Shown: positions 8,950 through 18,000 of the stretch, piece by piece
Layout of the letters: every line of letters begins with the position of its first letter
Numbering within the stretch: position 1 is the stretch's first letter
From: a virus
Taxonomy: Duplodnaviria > Caudoviricetes
IMG/VR virus record: IMGVR_UViG_3300042366_000723
Location: 1 to 35,777 of that record
Direction: 5' to 3' (one strand)
DNA: 35,777 bases
Translations under genes and position numbers: made by a program
The notes under the pieces: generated by a model
Database searches by the model: none
Told to the model about the DNA's origin: nothing
What the model saw: the letters and a program-made list of their open reading frames with translations, nothing else

Positions 8950-9764
8950 TGATTCTCCCCACACTCATTTCTGCCATCGGCGGAGGGATCGGCGTTCTCG
9001 GGCAACTGGGGAGCGCACGCCGCTATTCCCAGACCGCCGGAATCAACGCGGGAATCGACGCCGCCAACGCGACCCAACAACGGGCCACGACGCTCAACCA
9101 GCTCGCCCTCAATCGCGTGGGCATCGGCATCCAGCGGGGAGCCAATCGGGCGAACCTGCGCCTTGCCATTGCCGAGAACGAGGCCCAGCAGCGGAACGCC
9201 GAGCGACTGCGGAACTTTGCCGAAGCGCGAACCGCATCGAGCCGGGAAGCGATCCGCCGGAAGATGCGTGCCTTCGATGAGTTTCAAGGGCGGCAGCAGG
9301 CGGCCACGGCGGCGAGCGGCGTCATGATGTCCGGCAGCCCTCTGGAGGTCATGGCCGAATCGGCGGCCCAATTTGCCCTGGAGGTGCAGGACGCGCAGGA
9401 TGCGGCCAACTTCGAGCGGAACGACACCCTCGCCCGCGCCGGCATGATCGAGGCCGGGGCCGCCCTCGGCAACGCCCGCGCCCGCGCCGACTACCAGATG
9501 GGCCAGCGGGGAGCCGCCCTCTCCATGGCTGCCAACAAGCTCGGTCGCATCGGAGCCCAGACTGCCTACCAAATGGCGCTCCAGCAGGCGGAGATGAAGC
9601 GCCTCGCCGGAATGGACGCCGCCCAAGGGGCGACCACCTCGGCCCTCGGATCGGCCCTCGCGGGCGTCGGCGGAATCCTCCAGCAGAACTACACCAGCAA
9701 TTACCTCGGCATGAACCTCCCCGGCGTGACTTCGCGTCCGGCGGGATCCTCCATTTGGCGATGA
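8946..9764 (+). CDS. Internal virion (ejection) protein, gp14-like
   Basis: A/Q/G-rich, hydrophobic N-terminus, GRQQAATAASGV...GSPL motif, directly after the nozzle gene. Confidence 0.7.
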   Translation: MMILPTLISAIGGGIGVLGQLGSARRYSQTAGINAGIDAANATQQRATTLNQLALNRVGIGIQRGANRANLRLAIAENEAQQRNAERLRNFAEARTASSREAIRRKMRAFDEFQGRQQAATAASGVMMSGSPLEVMAESAAQFALEVQDAQDAANFERNDTLARAGMIEAGAALGNARARADYQMGQRGAALSMAANKLGRIGAQTAYQMALQQAEMKRLAGMDAAQGATTSALGSALAGVGGILQQNYTSNYLGMNLPGVTSRPAGSSIWR

Positions 9765-10147
9765 GCCTCCACTTTGAACTGATGAGCGAACAGGAACAGC
9801 ACGAACTTTTCGAGGCTTTGGAGCGGATCAACCACGCGGGTTCCGCCCTCAAGGTCATCGCATGGGCTCTCGGCGGCCTCGCGGCGGCGGGCGTGGCGGT
9901 CGCCGGGTGGGTCTTCACCGTCAACCAGGTGCAGGCGGAGCATGGCGATGACATCGCGGAGCTGCAACCGAAGGTCGCGCAGCTGGAAACGCGGGCGGTG
10001 CGGTTCGACGCCGCACCTCCTCCGTCGCAGGCGCAGTTCCACGACATCGACAAGCGCCTCGACCGCACCGAGGACCAGCTCGCGGACATCAAGGAGCAGA
10101 GCGCCCTGATCCTCGAAGCCGTCAAGAAACTCGAAGCCAGACCCTAA
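9761..10147 (+). CDS. Hypothetical membrane protein with coiled coil
   Basis: ATG 9761 overlaps the previous stop (ATGA); one hydrophobic segment VIAWALGGLAAAGVAVAGWVFTV followed by heptad-like sequence. Confidence 0.7.
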   Translation: MSLHFELMSEQEQHELFEALERINHAGSALKVIAWALGGLAAAGVAVAGWVFTVNQVQAEHGDDIAELQPKVAQLETRAVRFDAAPPPSQAQFHDIDKRLDRTEDQLADIKEQSALILEAVKKLEARP

Positions 10148-10148
10148 A

Positions 10149-12071
10149 ATGCCCATCATTCCACAATATCGAGCAGAGGGACCGGCCCAGCCGGTGGCTC
10201 CGGCCATGGAGTCCGAGCAGGGGCTGCGGGTCGATGCGTCCACCGCCCTTCGCGGCATCGCTTCTCTGGCGGACGCCCTGGGCGATGTCAAGCAGCCCGT
10301 CGCCAACGTCTCGCCGGAACTCGGCCAGGCAAGCGCCAGGGGGCTCCAGAACCTGGGGCAGGGCGTCGGCAACCTCGGGGAGGCCATGTTCGACGTGCGC
10401 CAGCGCATTGCCGAGGCGTGGAACTTCCGCAAGGTTTCGGAGGCGCAGGAAGCCATGGACCGCGAGGTGGGCGAATTCGAGGCTTGGAAGCTGACTGAAC
10501 CCAACCCGACCCGGTGGGAGTCGGAGTGGAAGGGCCGGATGGAGCGCATCCAGAACGACCTGCTTTCCGGCGAGGATCTCTCCCCGGCGGCCAAGGACCA
10601 GATCTCGGCGCGGGTCATCACCTTCGGCAACCGGCACGGTGTCCGCGTGGGCCTCGACGCCGCGAAGCAGGTCGTGGAGTTGGCCAACCAATCGAACGGC
10701 GCGGAGATCATGCGGGCGGTTCGCGCGGGGGATCTGGCGACGGTAGAGAACCTCACCCAGTATGCCGTCGATCAAGGCTGGCAGGGCGCGGATTGGGCGG
10801 AGCGGACCCGGTGGGAGGCAAGCGAGAAGATCCGCGAGGACGCGCTCAACGGGGCGAAGCTGCGGAGCGAGACCTTCGCGCTGCGCGGATTGTGGCAGGA
10901 AGGCCGGGACGAGATCGCCAACGCGCCGTGGGAAACCGAGGACGACCGCCAGAATGCTGTCGCCAACTTCGACAGCAAGGTCGTGTCCCGGCAGATTCAG
11001 TTCGAGGTCATCGAGCGTGCGCGTGACGGCGCGGACCCGGACGACCTTATCGCGGAGCTGACCGCCAAGGACGCCGAGGGCAACTACGTCAACCACCCGG
11101 AACTTTCACCCATGATGCGGGCCGAGACTTTGGAGCCGCTATACAAGGCCAAGAACGACGAATACGCGTCCCAGGTCGAGGCCGCCGAGATCTACATTGG
11201 CAACGGTGACATCAAGACCGAGGGGGATCTCGACGCGTTCTTCGACGGCAAGCCCATCGACCCGCTCAACCGGTCGATCCTGACGGCCAAGCTCAAGGAG
11301 GAATTCGTCAAGACCGAGGCCGGCATCGTTGACCTCATGGCCAAGGCCGCTGCCTACGACCCGGCCAAGGATGTCGGAGGAGTTGCCGCCGGGGTTCTGG
11401 AGTTGGCTATCGGTCAGACCATGGGCGACGACCCGAGGGCGGAGGGCGCTCGAACCATCCTCGAAAAGCGCAAGAACGGGGAGCCGCTGACGTTTGGGGA
11501 GGACATCCTTGCGACGAGGAAGAAGGCCATGGAGGAAATGGCCCACGCCGGGGCTGATTATCGCGTCGAGGCCGGGAAGCTGGAACAGCGAGAGGTTTCG
11601 GGAAAGACGCTCTTCATCGACTTCAGTCAGCAGCCCGACGAGGGTGACGCGGCGCGATACGAGGAAACGGTCGATCCTTGGTGGCGGGGGCCGAGGCAGA
11701 AAGTCGGTCGCATCGTCGAGGTCAGCCAGGCGGATCGCGAAGATCTGCTTGAAGGCAAGGCCAAGTTTGTCACCGACCAACGGAAGAAGCGGGCCGTCGA
11801 TGAGGATGTGGCGAAGACTCTCCTTGAAATGCAGCGCCAGGCCGACACCGGCGAGATGACGCGGGAGAACGCGCCGGAGGTCGAGCGCAAGATCACCGAG
11901 CCCGCCCGAGCGAAGGCCGCCGAAAAGATGGTCGATGAGAAACTCAGCGGCGACGACCCTCTCGGAATGTCACCCGCAGGGGAGAGCGGCCAAATTGACC
12001 CTGCCCTGTTTCCAGAAAAAGACCTCGAGTGGCTCAACAGCTACACCATCCCGGCGCAAGCCACCATGTGA
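10149..12071 (+). CDS. Internal virion (ejection) protein, gp15-like
   Basis: 640 aa, helical and acidic, MPIIPQY start, GLQNLGQGVGNLG segment, position between gp14-like and giant protein genes. Confidence 0.65.
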   Translation: MPIIPQYRAEGPAQPVAPAMESEQGLRVDASTALRGIASLADALGDVKQPVANVSPELGQASARGLQNLGQGVGNLGEAMFDVRQRIAEAWNFRKVSEAQEAMDREVGEFEAWKLTEPNPTRWESEWKGRMERIQNDLLSGEDLSPAAKDQISARVITFGNRHGVRVGLDAAKQVVELANQSNGAEIMRAVRAGDLATVENLTQYAVDQGWQGADWAERTRWEASEKIREDALNGAKLRSETFALRGLWQEGRDEIANAPWETEDDRQNAVANFDSKVVSRQIQFEVIERARDGADPDDLIAELTAKDAEGNYVNHPELSPMMRAETLEPLYKAKNDEYASQVEAAEIYIGNGDIKTEGDLDAFFDGKPIDPLNRSILTAKLKEEFVKTEAGIVDLMAKAAAYDPAKDVGGVAAGVLELAIGQTMGDDPRAEGARTILEKRKNGEPLTFGEDILATRKKAMEEMAHAGADYRVEAGKLEQREVSGKTLFIDFSQQPDEGDAARYEETVDPWWRGPRQKVGRIVEVSQADREDLLEGKAKFVTDQRKKRAVDEDVAKTLLEMQRQADTGEMTRENAPEVERKITEPARAKAAEKMVDEKLSGDDPLGMSPAGESGQIDPALFPEKDLEWLNSYTIPAQATM

Positions 12072-15000
12072 TGCCCATCCCAGAACAAGACGCCCTTCGT
12101 GCCATTGCCGTCGCAAAGGCCAACCCGAACGACCCTGCCGTCATCGCCAAGGCGCAGGCGCTCACCCGTGCCTATCAGGCCCAGCAGGAGGCCGCCGGTC
12201 TCTCCATGTTCCCCGAGCAGGAGCGCCGCCGAGACGAGCAGGCATCGACCCTCCGGTCGTTCTTCACCGAGCCCAATCACGGCCTTGATGAGGACACGCT
12301 TGTTTCCCTCAATGAAAACTTCCGCGAGTCCCCGGACGAGAAGTTCAAGCTCTTCAACCGGAAGTGGTTTGAGGCTGCCGGAGTCCCCAGGGAGCGCGTC
12401 GAGCGCGAGGCCGATGAGCTGATGAAGATCTACTCGGAAAGGGAGTGGGGAACTCCCTCCACGACCCACAAGCATTTCTTCGACCGCATCGCGAGGGATT
12501 ACCAAACCCGCGAGGAGGTCGCCAACGCCGCCAAGGAAACCTCGCTCCAGAACCTGGGCGTCCTCCGCTCCGAGCTGGCCTTCAAGGAGCGGTTCCGCGA
12601 GAACTCCTCCTATGTGGGGCGGGAGCAGAAGTGGGACAAGGAGTTCCAATCCCTCAAGGACCGGTTCGACCAAAAGCTGGCTCCGCATCGCTCGACGGTC
12701 AAGCTGCTGTCGGCGGCCCTGATGACCAAGGAGGGCGTCGATGTGGAAGATCCCACGACGATGGACGAAGCCCTGGCCCAGCGGCGCGAGATCGACAATG
12801 CTGCGAGCTATCGGGAGCTGGCCGAGATGGTGATGATGGTCCCCGCCGAAGACCGCAAGCTCGTCATCGCTGCGGCGGTGGCGGCCAGCGCCAACGACGA
12901 GGCCGGGAGGAAGAGCGTCATGGAGGGGCTGGTCGAGAAGTTCGACCGGGGGCTGCGCGGCGGAATGGATTCTGTCGTCTCCATCGGTGAGCGCAGTCAG
13001 GCCATCGCCGTTGAGCGGGCCATTGCCGAGGGTGTCGAGGTTCCCGCCGAAAAGGCCGGAACGCCGGAGGAATACATGGAAGCCGTGCTTCAGCGCGTAG
13101 CCGGTGGTGACGCTTATGAGGTCCGGGCTGGAGTCATGAAGGCGGTGGCCGGGGCGGATTTCGACAAGCCCTCGGACGAGGTCAAGGACCAGGCTTTGGC
13201 CATGATCCGAGAAAACAAGGACGCCATCGACCTTCGGGACGAGCTTCGGCTCGCGGCAGAAAACGACATTGATCCGGTGACTTCGGAGTTCCTTCCCGTG
13301 CGCGGGCTTTACGCCGCCGCCGAGTCCGTCCCCTACATGATGACCTCCATGGCTCGCGGCGGATGGGCGATCAACGCCATGGCCTTGGCCGGGGATTCCT
13401 ACCGGTCCCTTCGGGCGGCGAATCCGACCATGACCGCAGAGCAGGCGCAGACGCTCTCCATGCTTTCCGGTCCCTTCCAGGCATTCATCGAGAAGGGCCA
13501 GACCACACTGGCACTGGGCCAGTTCAAGGCCGTCAACCGCTTCTTCAACCAGATCACCCGGACCAAGGGCGCGGTCGCCTCGCGATTCCTCACCCGCACC
13601 GCCGCCACAGCCGGTCTGGAAATGGTTCAAGAGAACGTGCAGGATTTGACGCCCTTCGTGCTGCAAGGGCTCCTTTCGGCCCTCGACGAGGATATGCCGG
13701 AAGTTCCCTGGGGGCCGGTCTATGGCGACCTGCTCAAGCAACAGCCCGAACTGTTCTTCGCGGTGCTGCCACTGGCGGTGATCGGCGGCGGGGCCGGGAC
13801 GTATTCGGATTTCAAGGGCGGGGCGGAACTTCTCACCTCCTACGACCTCCTCCGAGCCACCGGCCTGTCCGAGGCGGCGGCTTCCGAGGTGCGGGCGCTG
13901 GCAAGCCAGGGCAACGTCGAGGGGGCGCAGACTCTCCTGCGGCAGGAGTTCAAGACCCTCGGCCAGGACCAGAAGTCGGTGCAGGAGGCGCGGGCCGAGG
14001 CGATCCCCAGAATGATCGCGGAGCGCGAGGCCATGCAGCAGGCGCTGAACGAGGCCGGGGAGCTGGACATCCTCCCGGCCATCCTTCGCGAGGGCGAGAA
14101 ATACACGCTCCGCTACTCCGGCGGGGAGGCGGTCCAATACGATTCCCACGCGGAGGCGTTCGCACGCTTCGAGGCGGTGGCCTCCAGTGCGGTCGCCGCC
14201 CTCCATGAGGACATGATCACCGCCGCCCGCATGACCACCTCGCAGATCGAGCGGGGCCGGGAGGTGAAGTTCATCGTTTCTCCCCTGCGTCCAACGACCG
14301 AGGACATGGAGGCGCAAGGGGTGGCGACCGGCGAGGACATGGCCCAGCGCATGGAGATCTCCGAGGCCGACAAGGCGCTCACGCCCAAGACCGAGGAGCG
14401 AAAGGCCAAGGCCATGGCGGGCATGGTCGCCAATTCGCCGGAGGCGAGGACGGCGGTCAACTACATTCTCGGATCCGCCACTACCTCTGAGGCCGCGCCG
14501 GATTCCTTCGGGGACCGGGTCGTTCGCAACACGGTGCGGCTCTACCAAGGCGCGACACCCTTCACCCTCTTTGAGGAAACCGCCGAGGGAGACGCGAAGT
14601 TCATGATCCGCGAGCTGGGCCTCCGGCGGTGGATGATCGGGGCGCTCCGGCAATGGGAGGCGACGAGCGGGGACACCCTGTTCCGCGCCAGCATCAAGGA
14701 AGAATCGCAGATCAAGGACCAGGACATCGTCGAAGCCTATAGCAAGATGGTGCAGGGCTACCTGGCGGGCCGGTCGAAGTCTGGCGATCAGGGCAGGGTG
14801 TTCTCCAGCCGGTTCCGAAAAAGCATTGCCGACGCCCTCCGGGGCGACTTCGGGGCGGTGCTGACCGGGTATGCCAGCCTCTTCGAGGCCGTCTATCGCC
14901 GCGCCGCCATGATCGAGAAGGCCCGCCGGGACAAGACGTTCGACGGGGATCTGGAGACGTTCCTTGCGAAGTCCACGGGGATGAGCGAACAGCGGCTCTT

Positions 15001-18000
15001 TGAGCGGGATGTTCAGCGGGAAGGCAGCGCAATCGCCCAGGATTTGAGCGGGAATCCCGATTTTTCGAGCGGGGAGGGAACGGAGACGACGTTCTCGGTG
15101 ATCGAGCCGGGACAGGGTTTCAAGCAAACCGCCATGCCTGACGGGATGGTCCTCCAAGGCCCAGCGACGTTCTCGGTGCTGGCGCACCATGGGACACCGC
15201 ACAAGGTGGACCGGTTCCGCCTCGACAAGATCGGGACCGGGGAGGGGGCGCAGGCGTATGGGTGGGGATTGTATTTTGCGGAGGCAATCAAGGTGGCGAT
15301 AGGATACAGGGATTCTCTTTCTGACCCAGGCAACGTGCCGCTGCATTTTGACGGCAGACCATTGAACACTCCTTGGACAAGTGAAATCCGCGAACGGTGG
15401 TCTGATTACTACAAGAATCTCAGCGAGTCTGACGCTGATGCGATGGATGAACTTCTCAGCAATCTTTCGCAGGCCGATGATATTTCATCTGTATCAGATG
15501 CGCTGGGATTCGTATCAGGTCGAGCGAAGTCTCTTTACACGAAGATCGTCAAACTAAAGTTGGAAAAGCCAGAAATTGGTCCGGGCAACCTCTACACCGT
15601 CGAACTGCTCCCCGACGAAGGCGACTTCCTCGACTGGGACAAGCCGCTGAGTGAGCAGAGCGAGAAGGTGAAAGCCGCGATTCAAAAGGTCATTGGTCCC
15701 GACGAGGAAATGACCGAGTACATGAAACGTCGCGGAGGAACTGGCGGGTATCTTTACGGTGCCCTCGCGACCCAGTGGAACGCCGAGATCGACAAAGGGA
15801 AGTCGGCATCAGCAGAATTACTCCGGGTCGGCATCCCCGGCATCCGCTACCTCGACGGCAACAGCAGGGCGGACGGGACGGGAACCTACAACTATGTCAT
15901 CTTTGACGAGAGTCTCGTCCGCATCCTGGAGGAGAACGGGCAACCCGTCGAGCAGCAAGGCGGGGAGACGACGTTCTCGGTGAGGGTTTCCGCCACCGGG
16001 GTCAAACCCCCCAAGGGCGTGAAAGCAAAAGTCTCTGATGCGCTTCCAATCTGGTCGATCCCGAACACGAAAGGGAAGTCTCTCGGGAAGAAACTCACGA
16101 CCAAGAAGAATCGCGAAAAAGTTTTTGCTTCAATCGACAATGCCCTCACCTGGCTCAGGGGAGACCCCTCCCGAATCGCGACTCCATCTGGATGGGTGAA
16201 CTACTTGAAAAAGTCCGGCGTTTATGGCGATGTGATGATGCCTCCGACTGGAATCGGGCAACTGTTTGAAGACCCGAAGGGATATGTCGAAAAGCTCAAT
16301 GGAGCCTATCATGGCGATCTCACAATTCCGGGGACGCAGCAGTCGGCGCAGGAGGGTCTCAACTCCACAAAGACGATGCGAGACCTCATCGGAGAAGGGC
16401 AAGCTCCGCATGTCTGGGTGACGGCATTGCATCACCTGTGGGGAATCCTTTCCCGGATGCTTCCTCCGATTCATCAGGAGGGGATGTGGATCCGGTTGAT
16501 CAGCAGCAAGCCTGTCCTCGCCGCCATCCAGTCATCCATCGACGGCAATTTCAAGATGACCGTCAAGCAGTGGAAGAAGGTCGTTCAAGGGGCGCGATTG
16601 GAAACTCCCGGCGCAGGCAAGATTGGAAACGCCGCGACCGCAAACGCGAATTCGTTTTACCTGATGCTCTCTAGGCTAAACGGGAGATGGGAAGATCTCG
16701 CCAATGTCTACGCGGCACCATCGGCGCAGGAAATGGGCCGGAGGTTCTGGTCGCTAGACGCGGGATCCCTCGGAATCAAAAACAAGGTGCAGCGGTTCAT
16801 TGGCCTGACCTACGGAATTCCCGGCGTCATCATGGATCGGTGGAAGTTTGTCGAGTTCTGGCTTCCGACCGCTATTCGCGGGACCGGCGCAGAGTCGCCA
16901 ATGGATTACTTTGCCTACAGCAACGGAGTTCCTGAGGATCCGCTCGGAATCTACGGAGTCTATGGCGGCATTGATTCCGGCAACGAGGCTTTGAGCCTCG
17001 CGATGTATGAAGGCATGGAACTTGCCCTCCAGTCTGCCATCGACGCATCTCCAGAACTTACTGCCGCCCTTGGATCTCACGCGAATCCCGGAGGCCTGCA
17101 CTGGGCAGGGTGGAATGCCATCAAGAACGAGGCGGTAGGGCACAGTTCCCTCGACTTCACCGCCGACTTGATTCGGAACTTCGGGATGGACATTACCGCC
17201 GATTCCGTCTACTCTCAAGCCCGGAACGGCGTCTACTACACCGAAGGCGCGGACACCTCAAAGACCAACGCAAAACTCATTCTCGACCATGGCAGCATCA
17301 AGCTCGAAAGGACCAGCATTTCCGGGGGACTTCAGCAACGACGCGCCGGAATTCTCGGACGAGGAACTGGAGTTGGAAATGGAAAAAGCGGAGAGGGAAC
17401 TGCTCGGGGAAGTCAACGACGAGGAGGAGTAGACACCACCTTTTCCCTCCTCCCCGACGCGAGCAACCTCGACAGCGAGTTCGCCCGGATGTTCTCGCCG
17501 TTCCAACGGTCGCCGGAACTTCGCGCCAAGCTGGGCATGGAGATGCGCCGCCGGGTCGCGGATCAGGTCACCAAGCTCCGGCCCATTCTTCGCGCCAACC
17601 GGACCAAGGCCAGCATCGAGGCCGAGCGCAAGCGGCGGCAGGACGAGATCTTCACCGAAAAGCTCGACACCCTCAGTGCCGGGGAGATCCAGGCGCTCGC
17701 CAACGAGAACCTCCTCGAAGACAATTCCCTGACTCCGATCCTCGCCGAGCTGCTTCGCCAGAAGACCTACAAGACCAAAAGCGGGAAGCGGGTCCGCTAC
17801 TGGACCGGCTCCCTCATGTCCAAGAGCGAGGCCAACCGCCGAGGCTACGACACGACCGGCGGCGAATGGGACGCAGTCCCCGAGGGGCTCCCGCCCTACG
17901 TCTACGGGGGCTCCATCACGCCCGACGAGGCCGCGACCATGTTCGACTTCGAGACTCCCGAGGCGTTCTTCGACGCCCTCGCCAGCGAGATCCAATCCCG

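Noticed and set aside
12041-15346. Long antisense ORF (1101 aa) and similar ones (221..1591, 17258..18529, 18998..20653, 34183..35613)
   Set aside because: They mirror GC3-rich sense genes and have no recognisable motifs; treated as shadow ORFs
15759-15983. Nested immunity ORF after the ART-like domain
   Set aside because: The alternative frame is S/R-rich with no codon support, and the main frame keeps normal codon usage
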